NCBI GenBank assembly: GCA_033875315.1
Contig: JANRJG010000041.1
Span: forward strand, 64,467 to 128,466
DNA from: Candidatus Methylacidiphilales bacterium
GTDB lineage: Bacteria; Verrucomicrobiota; Verrucomicrobiia; Methylacidiphilales; CAZTYG01
DNA: 64,000 nt
Direction: 5' to 3'
In this document: one piece after another, positions 9,628 to 17,513 of the stretch
Layout of the letters: every line of letters begins with the position of its first letter
Position numbering within the stretch: the stretch's first letter is position 1
Program-made: the position numbers and the translations under genes
The notes under the pieces: model-generated
Database searches by the model: none
What the model was told of the DNA's origin: nothing
The model's input: the letters and a program-made list of their open reading frames with translations, nothing else

Positions 9628-10583
9628 CGCATCCACCTTCCCACACAGGCCCCTATCCGGCGACGTAGCGAATAAAGCCTTGCCCCGCACAAGCGCATCC
9701 AGCGTGCTCGTGCGCGGAAAAGCTCCCCCATGCCGTAACGTTCCGTCATTTCAGCCGTTTCATTCCACGCCCGCACCAATTGGGATCCTGTCTTCGAATC
9801 TGCATGCAGCCGTTGCACCGCCAAAACTTCGGCCAGATAAAACCAACGGGTATCTCGGGCAATCCTCAACCAGTATTCATGGTCCATGCAATATCGGAGG
9901 GCAGAATCCAAGGGACCGAAATGCTCATAAACCCGCCTCCGGATGAAAGTCGCCGGTTGGGAAACAAAATTGTCCCGCAGAAGGCGGGCGACCGAAAACG
10001 GTCCCGTCCGTTTTCTCCTCACCCAACCAGAATCCCCTTCCAAAAAAGCAAAGTCTCCGTAAACCACATCCACCTCGGGATTGGACTGGAAAACTTCCGC
10101 CACCCGGCCCAGGGCGCAAGGTTGCAGATAATCATCCGCACAAAGATACGATAGGAGGTCTCCTTTCGCCGCAGCGAAGCCCCGATTGATCGCATCCGTC
10201 TGCCCCCCATCCGGTTCGCTCACAAAACGGAATTCATATCGGTCCATTACGATGGAAGTCGGGTGATCCCGGAGCAAACCAGAATCCCGCCCCCTTTCAA
10301 CGCAAGGCGTTTCCCGCTTTTTTGTGTTTTCCTCCAACCACGCCACCGTCCCATCTGTGGAAACTCCGTCCTGAACCAGATGTTCCACGGAAAAATCCGA
10401 AACACTGGAACACTGAAATAAAGAGGGGGGCACCTCTCCCCCCTCTCCCCTTTTCAGCGTTTCAGTTTTCAATTTTTCAGCTTTTTCCAGAATCTGCCCC
10501 CGCACACTCTCCACACACTCCGGCAAATAAGCCACTTGGTTGAGGCTCGGGGTGATGATCGAAAACTTCAACATACCTTCCAC
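9624..10583 (-). CDS. GT2 glycosyltransferase with low-complexity insert
   Basis: MLKFSIITPSLNQ...VEHLVQDGVSTDGT...SEPDGGQTDAINRG...CADDY. A Lys/Glu/Gly-rich insert interrupts the N-terminal nucleotide-binding region (see findings). Confidence 0.8.
   Translation of the reverse strand: MEGMLKFSIITPSLNQVAYLPECVESVRGQILEKAEKLKTETLKRGEGGEVPPSLFQCSSVSDFSVEHLVQDGVSTDGTVAWLEENTKKRETPCVERGRDSGLLRDHPTSIVMDRYEFRFVSEPDGGQTDAINRGFAAAKGDLLSYLCADDYLQPCALGRVAEVFQSNPEVDVVYGDFAFLEGDSGWVRRKRTGPFSVARLLRDNFVSQPATFIRRRVYEHFGPLDSALRYCMDHEYWLRIARDTRWFYLAEVLAVQRLHADSKTGSQLVRAWNETAEMTERYGMGELFRARARWMRLCGARLYSLRRRIGACVGRWMR
10422..10446. other. perfect 9-bp GC-rich hairpin (agagggggg / cccccctct, 7-nt loop) inside the GT2 insert
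   Basis: Read directly. Followed on the + strand by cccc + tttcag-type T-rich octamers (10451-10490) and on the - strand by ttatttcag. Confidence 0.8.
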
Positions 10584-10713
10584 CTTCCGGACCCCACAAA
10601 ACCATCCACCCCAGCCCGATCAGGGCCTTCGAGCTTCGGCAGATGGCCGGGACCGCGAGTGGTGAAGTGAAAAGTCATGAACGCCCTCCAAATGGGGTTA
10701 ACCAATGCGCCTG

Positions 10714-12648
10714 TCAAGTGGAGCCCGCTTTCTCTGCTCGCTTGCTTTGTAGTTCGTGGAATAAATCGCGGTAAAGCCCTGCCACTCGCTCCCAAGAGTA
10801 TTGTGTCCGGGCGCGTTCCAGGGCGGCCTGGCCCAGTTGATGGCAGAGGACTTTCTGAGCTGCCAAGTGCCGCATTTTGTCCGAGAGATCGGCGCAAAGC
10901 GCGTCCGGACTCCCGCAATTTTCACCGCCGAAGGCCATGCCTGCATCGGCCACCACCTCGCGGGTCGCCTCACAATCCTGATAAAGGATGGCCTGCGCCA
11001 TCCCCATCTGGTCCAGAAGCACCAGCCGGGTGGCCTCAATGGCTGCTGGCATGACAAAGAACAGGGCATTCTGGCTCAGCTCCACGTAGGCTTCGGCATA
11101 GCGTCCCCCGGTGAAAATGACCCGGTCCGAAGCCAGATTGCGGAGCTCCCGTTCGTATGCTTTTTCATAGCCAGCCGACCCAACGATCACCAAGGGCGGC
11201 ACCTCATCCGGGGACAAGTTTCGGTGCGCCCGCAGGAGAAGATCGGTTTCATTTTCCGGACTCAGACGGGAAACATGCAATAGATAGCCCTTGGGAACCA
11301 AACCCCAGCGCTCCAATTCTCCCTGGCGGATGGGAACCGTCCGGATCGGGGCACCGTAGCTGATGTACTTCGGGGTATGCCCATACTCCCGTTGATAATG
11401 CCGGACGACCTGAAGATTGTCCGCGATGACCGCATCCCCAAGGGAAACGGCCCGCTTTTCCGAACGTCGCAGCCACCAACGGGCCACTGGGCCCCATTTT
11501 TTCCGCTTGAAATCTGCCCCATCCACATTGATGACCACCAAGCTGCCGGTCAGGCGGTTGAAGTATCGACCCCACGGGGTATTCCCCACCCCGCACACGT
11601 AGATGATGTCGTAACGCCGGAAGAAGGTATCGAGGTAGGACAATGAGGTGTGAACTATGCTTTCCAGATTTTTTGTAGGCAGAGTGGGATACCAACGCAG
11701 ATGCATCCCGAGATATTCCCGAAGCCGGTCCCGGTAGTGCTGCCAACGGTTGTAAACCACCACCTGGTAGCCGTCTGCTGCCAGACGCCGGCCCAACTCC
11801 TCGACCACGGTCTCGAAGCCGGAGTATCTAGCAGGCACCCCGCGCGAACCGATGAAGGCGATGCTCGGTTGGCCAGCCTGCGCAGCGGGCCGTCCGACTC
11901 CCAAGCAACCATCCCGGATGAGGTAGTAGACAAAGAGCGCATTGTAGCGCGCGTACCTGCGCCACAGGCGTCGCGGTTCCTGCATCAAGCGATAAAGCCA
12001 GGTCAGGGACATCGCCTGCATCCAATCCGGAGCAAAGGGCCGTTGCCCGGCCAACAAGGCAAAGGCGTCGCCTACCGCGAAGAAGACACCCCGGGTGTGG
12101 CGTCCCAAATTTTCGACGATCCATGCTTCTTGCCGTTCTCCTCCCAGGGCCACCCAAATGAAATCAGCCCCACACTGGCGGATTCTCCGAGCAAAGTCCT
12201 CTTGATCATCCCCGGTCCATGGGCGGAAGGGCGGGGAGCAGGTTCCGGCAATGACAATGTCCGGATTCAATTCGCGGGCTTTTTGTTGCAGAAGCGCGAG
12301 CGTTTCTTCCGTACCTCCGAAGAAAAAATGGCGTGTGCCAGGCGCTGCATTCTGGAGTGCGTAGCGCATGAAGTAGGGTCCATAGACACGGTCTTTGAGT
12401 CCCGCACCCAGAAAATTCAGGGCCCAAATCAGAGGCATCCCGTCAGGGAGGACCAGATCGAACCGGTCCATGACCTGTCGGAAAGAGGGGCTGTGGCGGG
12501 CTTGGGAAACAATATGTGTGTTGCAGGCCGATACCGCGCCCGGCTTCTCCCTGCGGACCATCTCCTGACAAGCCCGCAAGGCCTCCCGATAATCCACGCA
12601 GGCGATGCGCGTCCCCAACAAGGAAAGATATTTCACCCGTTCGGGCAT
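10714..12648 (-). CDS. fusion glycosyltransferase: N-terminal WecG/TagA/CpsF (GT26) domain + C-terminal DUF1972/GT4 domain
   Basis: Residues ~1-250: NTHIVSQA..., LVLPDGMPLIWA, VALGGERQEAWI (GT26). Residues ~265-640: IAFIGSRGVPARYSGFETVVEELGRRLAADGYQVVVY (DUF1972-type) followed by a GT1-type C-terminal domain. Confidence 0.8.
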   Translation of the reverse strand: MPERVKYLSLLGTRIACVDYREALRACQEMVRREKPGAVSACNTHIVSQARHSPSFRQVMDRFDLVLPDGMPLIWALNFLGAGLKDRVYGPYFMRYALQNAAPGTRHFFFGGTEETLALLQQKARELNPDIVIAGTCSPPFRPWTGDDQEDFARRIRQCGADFIWVALGGERQEAWIVENLGRHTRGVFFAVGDAFALLAGQRPFAPDWMQAMSLTWLYRLMQEPRRLWRRYARYNALFVYYLIRDGCLGVGRPAAQAGQPSIAFIGSRGVPARYSGFETVVEELGRRLAADGYQVVVYNRWQHYRDRLREYLGMHLRWYPTLPTKNLESIVHTSLSYLDTFFRRYDIIYVCGVGNTPWGRYFNRLTGSLVVINVDGADFKRKKWGPVARWWLRRSEKRAVSLGDAVIADNLQVVRHYQREYGHTPKYISYGAPIRTVPIRQGELERWGLVPKGYLLHVSRLSPENETDLLLRAHRNLSPDEVPPLVIVGSAGYEKAYERELRNLASDRVIFTGGRYAEAYVELSQNALFFVMPAAIEATRLVLLDQMGMAQAILYQDCEATREVVADAGMAFGGENCGSPDALCADLSDKMRHLAAQKVLCHQLGQAALERARTQYSWERVAGLYRDLFHELQSKRAEKAGST

Positions 12649-12841
12649 GATTCAAGAATGACCGGATTGCAAACCCTTGTCAGCGTCAATTTCCCCAATC
12701 CTCCCTGATCTTTTCCCCATGGGAGACACCGCTCATTTACGGGGAAAACGCCCCTCCGGGAACCTTCTCATCGAGACCACCCGGCGCTGGTCTTACAATT
12801 TAGAGCCATTCCGGTTTAACTAGATGCATTTCTTGTTCTGG

Positions 12842-12905
12842 GGTGGAGCGGGCTGCGTGAGGTCGCGTTCTGCTTCCAACGCGGTCACACGACTCTCCGA
12901 GCACG
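12842..12905. repeat. intergenic hairpin element, copy 1 (short-loop version)
   Basis: ggtggagcgggctgcgtgaggtcgcgtt-ctgcttcc-aacgcggtcacacga... The stem is gtga..cgcgtt / aacgcg..tcac with an 8-nt loop. Homologous to 47857-47960. Confidence 0.7.
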
Positions 12906-13017
12906 CTGGGATCAAGCAACGCTACTTTACCCCGCCCAGTTCCCCTAATTTGCATTACGCGGAATTCTGGACCGCCATAGTCCGGACCCGGCTCCAGGTT
13001 TCCTTCATTTTCCTATT

Positions 13018-13767
13018 TCAGCTTTTCCCTGCCACGTCCTTGGAAAGGGAAAAGGTCGTGAACACACTCATCAGAAATTTGCGGGACTCCAGGGTCACGG
13101 CAACCTGTCTGGCTTTGGCCTGGATACCCATATGCCGGATCAGGATCGCCGTCTCGATCGTCTGGCCCGATGGCTTGTCCAAAAAATCCAGATACGCGGC
13201 GATCGTCTTGCCCTGTTCGTGGGGATTGGAAAACAGATAAAAATAGGAAAGACTGTTGAGGTCCCCATCTTTTGCTCGTATCAACTCTTTGGCCGAATCA
13301 TTCATCATCACGATCATGCCGGCCGCATCGGAAAGGATCACCGGCAGGGGCATGGCCATCAGTAGATTGAAAATATCTTTCTTCTGTTGGATCAAAAAAA
13401 GCCGGTTGCGGGAAAGCAGGACCAACAACCCACAGGTGATGGCAAAGCCGGACAAGCGGACCGCGACCGTGGCCTTTTCTTCCATGGTGAAATCCGGGCC
13501 GTAGTGGGTCAGCAGCCCCCACAGCACCACCAAGACATAAACGAAAGCCCATGCCCGCACCACCCGGGGACGCGAATTCAAAGCCATCAGGCCCAAGAAA
13601 ATCAGGCACAGCAATGGGGCCATGAGCACTTTCGGCATCAGCCAATCCAACGCGTAGGAGAGGAAGATTGCACCCGCGGGCAGGAGCATGGTAAGGACTG
13701 GACGATCCCACATCGGATGGGTCTGGCTGCCTCCTATTTTGTCGATGGCGGTGCTTTGGGAATTCAT
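13018..13767 (-). CDS. membrane protein with C-terminal PAS-like domain, no output domain
   Basis: About 4 hydrophobic segments, then LPVILSDAAGMIVMMNDSAKELI (PAS-like). ATG 13767 forms an ATGA overlap with the upstream stop. Confidence 0.5.
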   Translation of the reverse strand: MNSQSTAIDKIGGSQTHPMWDRPVLTMLLPAGAIFLSYALDWLMPKVLMAPLLCLIFLGLMALNSRPRVVRAWAFVYVLVVLWGLLTHYGPDFTMEEKATVAVRLSGFAITCGLLVLLSRNRLFLIQQKKDIFNLLMAMPLPVILSDAAGMIVMMNDSAKELIRAKDGDLNSLSYFYLFSNPHEQGKTIAAYLDFLDKPSGQTIETAILIRHMGIQAKARQVAVTLESRKFLMSVFTTFSLSKDVAGKS

Positions 13768-14945
13768 GGCAGGATATCCTTGTAAATGGAATCCATCTGG
13801 CGCAGCCAGCATGCTTCGTTGAATTTTTCTTCCAAGCCTTTCCGGCCCATGAAACCCATGGTAGCGGCCTCTTCAGGATTGGAAAGGATGTGATCCAAAA
13901 CAGAAGCCCAGACTTCCGGGTCGCCCGCACGTGCCAGCCATCCCGTTTCCCCATGTTGGATCAGCTCGGGCAGGGCCCCGATGTGCGAGGCCAGCACCGC
14001 CCGGCCGCGGGCCCAGGATTCCAGCACGGTCATGCCAAATGGCTCCTCCCAAATCGAGGGAACCACGGAAAAAAGCGATTGCTGCCAGATTTCCTGAATA
14101 TCCGCAGGCTTTTTGAAGCCCTCGAAGATGACCCCCCGTATGCGCTCCTCTCGCACTTTATTGACCAATCCGGTCAATTCAGGGCCTTCGCCGACAATGC
14201 GCAGGCGCACCTTGTCCGTTGCCAACCGCTTCCACGCGTCCAAAAGAACACCCACACCTTTTTCCTGTGACAGCCTCCCCACATAAACCACATCTCGGGC
14301 CTGCTCGAAAGAAAGGGCGGGCCCCTTGGGCTCGAAGAAATGATGCACGACCCGGATGCGGTCGGAGGGCACGCCCATGCGGATGTGGATGTCTTTCTGG
14401 GCCTGGCTGATGGCAATCCAGTATTTCACATGCGAAAAAAGGTCCATCTGGCGGATGCTCGTCAGCACCAACCCCATGATCCCGCTCTTGATATGGCTGT
14501 CGTGCCAACAGGCCGTACTCGCCGCCGCGAAAAAGTTTCCCCGGATACACCGCTGGCAGGCTTCCCCATGGTTCAGAAACATGCCGTTGACGCACGACAT
14601 CCGGTAATTGTGCAAATAATGCACAATCGGAATCCCCCGCTTGAGCGCCTCTCGGTAGACGACAGGTGACATCGCGGGAAACACATTATGGATCTGCCAG
14701 ACGTGGAACTTGCCCGCCTCTTGGTAGCGCCGCAACGTCTCCAAGACCTGCCGGTTGTAGAATACCGAGGCCAGCCCGTTCAAGACAGAAGACCTCTGAT
14801 TGAGCAGTTCGGATGTGCTGTACAAAAGGTATTCCACATCGTGCAGTTTTTGCAGCGCATCGCCGATCCGATAAACACTCCCTTCCTCGCCACCGTATTG
14901 CAGGTAGCGGTTGAATACTTGGAGGATGCGAAGCCGTTTATTCAC
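13764..14945 (-). CDS. GT4 (group 1) glycosyltransferase
   Basis: RILQVFNRYLQYGGEEGSV... with C-terminal EEPFGMTVLESWARGRAVLASHIGALPELI. The first 139 aa of the track ORF overlap the upstream gene and look non-protein-like. GTG 14945 gives a GTGA overlap with the upstream stop. Confidence 0.8.
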   Translation of the reverse strand: MNKRLRILQVFNRYLQYGGEEGSVYRIGDALQKLHDVEYLLYSTSELLNQRSSVLNGLASVFYNRQVLETLRRYQEAGKFHVWQIHNVFPAMSPVVYREALKRGIPIVHYLHNYRMSCVNGMFLNHGEACQRCIRGNFFAAASTACWHDSHIKSGIMGLVLTSIRQMDLFSHVKYWIAISQAQKDIHIRMGVPSDRIRVVHHFFEPKGPALSFEQARDVVYVGRLSQEKGVGVLLDAWKRLATDKVRLRIVGEGPELTGLVNKVREERIRGVIFEGFKKPADIQEIWQQSLFSVVPSIWEEPFGMTVLESWARGRAVLASHIGALPELIQHGETGWLARAGDPEVWASVLDHILSNPEEAATMGFMGRKGLEEKFNEACWLRQMDSIYKDILP

Positions 14946-15985
14946 CTGCTCCCCTTCCAACGCCAGGAGACGTTTCGGCAGACGAAGGCACTCCGCTGGC
15001 CGGGTTTTAGCGGGGTGTAAAGCGCATAGTCGACATGGCGGCGCCGGTAGGCCCCGGCAAACCCCTTCTCCAGCCAGTGCGCGGCTTTGACGAAGGGACG
15101 CAGCAGCCCACCCCGCCAGCCCATTCCCGTCCGCCATTGGCGCGCCTCCGCCAGAGCTCCCGGAGTCTGGCCCAGGTTCCCTTCGCCCATGGCGAAAGTA
15201 GCCAATGGCTTGGGCAGGACGGCCACCCGGAAACCCGCATGCATTACCCCGTGGACAAAAACCGCATCCCCGATGGCCTTCCATTCCACGGGAAAGCGGT
15301 GACCGGCCTCGGCCACCTTCCTGCGGTAAAACATGGCGCAACTCCAAACCCCCAGATGGCACAGACGGATATGCAGTGCCCGCGGCGGCACCACGCGACG
15401 ATAAGACAAAAGGGACCCATCCTCCCGGGTCAGCAGGGCATCCCCGAAGAGGACATCCGTGGCGGCATCACCCGAAAAAAAGTCGGCCACAACAGCCAGC
15501 GTGTCCGGCAGATACTGTTCATCACAATTCAAGTAAGCCAGGATTGCCCCCTCCGCCCGGGAGATCCCCTTGTTGATCGCATCGTACATACCGGTATCCG
15601 GCTCTTTGAAAATACGAAGCGCGTAACCGCATCGGGTGCGAAAGTGTAAAAGTTCAAAAGGTTGAAGGCCGGTGATGGCCTCTCCTCCATATTGGGAACG
15701 CAGGGTTTCGCCAAGTTCTTGGGCAAATTCCTCAATTCCCGGCGTGCCCCCGTCCTGGATCAAATGCTCCACGGCAAAGCCGTGGGTAGGAAAGGGGGAA
15801 GGTAATAAAGTGGGAACGTCCCCCGGTCCAAACTTGTTTACATTCCCACCTTCGCACTTTTTTACCTGCGTACCTTTCGACTTTTCACCTGCGCACTCCC
15901 CCCCCCCCTGATCCGCCACACTGGCAATACAAAGCCTCAACTTGTCCAATTGACCGAACGAGGGCGTGATGATGGAAAAGGTCAT
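14942..15985 (-). CDS. GT2 glycosyltransferase (paralogue of 9624..10583) with low-complexity insert and G11 tract
   Basis: MTFSIITPSFGQ...VEHLIQDGGTPG...EPDTGMYDAINKG...NCDEQY. ATG 15985 is preferred over the track start 16021, which would run into the repeat arm. Confidence 0.8.
   Translation of the reverse strand: MTFSIITPSFGQLDKLRLCIASVADQGGGECAGEKSKGTQVKKCEGGNVNKFGPGDVPTLLPSPFPTHGFAVEHLIQDGGTPGIEEFAQELGETLRSQYGGEAITGLQPFELLHFRTRCGYALRIFKEPDTGMYDAINKGISRAEGAILAYLNCDEQYLPDTLAVVADFFSGDAATDVLFGDALLTREDGSLLSYRRVVPPRALHIRLCHLGVWSCAMFYRRKVAEAGHRFPVEWKAIGDAVFVHGVMHAGFRVAVLPKPLATFAMGEGNLGQTPGALAEARQWRTGMGWRGGLLRPFVKAAHWLEKGFAGAYRRRHVDYALYTPLKPGQRSAFVCRNVSWRWKGSR
15898..15908. repeat. C11 (coding-strand G11) homopolymer inside GT2 gene 14942..15985
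   Basis: 3 C at 15898-15900 plus 8 C at 15901-15908. The coding strand reads CAG GGG GGG GGG GAG (QGGGE). Confidence 0.9.
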
Positions 15986-16003
15986 GGGAATCAGGAAAGT
16001 GCT

Positions 16004-16022
16004 AAGGTGGAAAAGTAGCAAG
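16004..16022. repeat. inverted-repeat arm (stop-codon side) of four-helix-bundle cassette 1
   Basis: aaggtggaaaagtagcaag. The reverse complement of 16444-16463 is aaggtgtaaaagtaggaaag. About 16 of 19 positions match by hand alignment. Confidence 0.6.
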
Positions 16023-16032
16023 TCTTCTCGCT

Positions 16033-16389
16033 CTAATCACGCAAATGCTTGGTAAATGCGGCTATCCGCTTCGACAGTTTTTCAGAAAGCTCGCGCAATT
16101 CCACCGTTTTGCTTTCGGACAATACCCGTATGTCCTCTGCTGCGTAAGTCATGCTGCGCACCTCCCCACAGGACCCCTTGGCCATATCCAGAAAATGGGC
16201 AAAATCCCGAGAAGTGTGCCGCTCGAATCCTTCGGCGATGTTGTTCATGACGGAGAGGGCCGCCCTCCGCATCTGATCGCGAAAAGAAAAATCCCTGCAA
16301 GATTCCAATGCCACATACGCTTGGAAATGAAGTTGTCGCGCTTCCTGCCAAATTTCCAAGTCTTCAAAACGCTGGGCAAACCGCTTCAT
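16033..16389 (-). CDS. four-helix-bundle protein (23S rRNA intervening-sequence protein / Avd-like family)
   Basis: FEDLEIWQEARQL..., RRAALSVMNNIAEGFER, FLDMAKGSCGEVRS: the motifs of this family. Confidence 0.85.
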   Translation of the reverse strand: MKRFAQRFEDLEIWQEARQLHFQAYVALESCRDFSFRDQMRRAALSVMNNIAEGFERHTSRDFAHFLDMAKGSCGEVRSMTYAAEDIRVLSESKTVELRELSEKLSKRIAAFTKHLRD

Positions 16390-16443
16390 GCCTCGTAAAA
16401 ACTACCTAAACCCATTCAGCCTTCAACCTTTCCGATCTTTATT

Positions 16444-16463
16444 CTTTCCTACTTTTACACCTT
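16444..16463. repeat. inverted-repeat arm (start-codon side) of four-helix-bundle cassette 1
   Basis: ctttcctacttttacacctt, partner of 16004-16022. 16403-16429 (ctacctaaacccattcagccttcaacc) next to it resembles the 28-nt element family. Confidence 0.6.
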
Positions 16464-16478
16464 CTTACTTCGCTGCCT

Positions 16479-17492
16479 ATGAAACTCCTCTTCGACCACC
16501 CCAGCCCGTTTCTTCTGGCCCATGGGGGATTTCAAACCCAGATCGAACAGACCAAGGCCGCCTTGGAAGGACTGGGCGTCGAAGTCGAATACCTCCGATG
16601 GTGGGACGACCGCCAGACCGGCAATATCATCCACTACTTCGGCCGCCCCTCCGGCGGTTACATCGACTTCGCCCATGGCAAAGGCATGAAAGTCGTCGTG
16701 GGAGAGCTCCACACCGGCCTCGCCTCACGGCCGGGCTGGCAGCGCTTGCTGCAGAAGCAAATCATGCGGACCGCCCAGTTCGCCCTCCCCCATGCTTTCA
16801 CGGCCAAACTCGCTTGGGAAGCCTATCAAAAAGCAGACGCCTTCATCGCCCTCACCGACTGGGAAAAACATCTCATGGTCGCAATGTTCGATGCCGATCC
16901 CGCCAAGGTTCACGTCATCCCGAATGGCGTCGAGGAGGTCTTCTTCCTGCCACCATCCGTAGTCCGCCGTCCATCCTCCGACTATTTGGTAAGCACCGCC
17001 ACCATCACCCCGCGCAAGCGCGTTCTGGAACTGGCCCAAGCCGCCGTCCTCGCCCAAGTTCCCGTTTGGATCATCGGAAAGCCCTACGCCGAGTCCGACC
17101 CTTATCACCAGCGCTTCCTCGAAACCGTTCGCGCCTCTGCGGGAATCGTGAAGTATGAAGGCGGCATTTCGGACCGTAAACGCTTGGCGGAAATTTACCA
17201 GAAGGCCAGGGGCTTTGTCCTGTTGAGCAGCATGGAATCCCTGAGCCTGTCCGCGTTGGAAGCATCGGCCAGCGGCTGTCCCCTCCTGCTGGCCGATCTG
17301 CCCTGGGCACGGAGCAGCTTCGGAAACGCGGCCACCTACGTCCCGGCAAAGACCACCCCAGAAGCCACCGCCAAACACCTGCTAACCTTCTACCACGCCG
17401 CCCCCGACCACCATCACACACCCATCGCCCATTCCTGGCCAGTCATCGCCCAAAAGTTCAAATCCCTGTACGAACAGCTTCTTGTCGGCTGA
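16479..17492 (+). CDS. GT4 (group 1) glycosyltransferase
   Basis: LLSSMESLSLSALEASASGCPLLLADLPW... GT1-type C-terminal domain. One of the few + strand genes. Confidence 0.78.
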   Translation: MKLLFDHPSPFLLAHGGFQTQIEQTKAALEGLGVEVEYLRWWDDRQTGNIIHYFGRPSGGYIDFAHGKGMKVVVGELHTGLASRPGWQRLLQKQIMRTAQFALPHAFTAKLAWEAYQKADAFIALTDWEKHLMVAMFDADPAKVHVIPNGVEEVFFLPPSVVRRPSSDYLVSTATITPRKRVLELAQAAVLAQVPVWIIGKPYAESDPYHQRFLETVRASAGIVKYEGGISDRKRLAEIYQKARGFVLLSSMESLSLSALEASASGCPLLLADLPWARSSFGNAATYVPAKTTPEATAKHLLTFYHAAPDHHHTPIAHSWPVIAQKFKSLYEQLLVG

Positions 17493-17513
17493 CCCCCCAA
17501 CCTCTGGCCTGGT

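Noticed and set aside
12824-13240. 138-aa + ORF, and 47769..47972 (-), covering the repeated intergenic hairpin element
   Set aside because: Both run through the conserved hairpin repeat, and 12824..13240 also overlaps the 3' end of a real gene. The two copies of the element are read on different strands and in different frames, so the conservation is at the nucleotide/structure level, not the protein level.
14946-15362. 139-aa N-terminal extension of the GT4 ORF 13764..15362
   Set aside because: It overlaps the 3' half of the upstream GT2 gene in another frame and looks non-protein-like. A GTG at 14945 gives a GTGA-coupled start right before the conserved RILQVFNRY N-terminus.
16033-16389. 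Diversity-generating retroelement, because Avd proteins belong to the four-helix-bundle family
   Set aside because: No reverse-transcriptase-like ORF and no template/variable repeat pair with adenine-specific differences is visible anywhere in the window. The two four-helix-bundle genes look like the stand-alone IVS-protein type.
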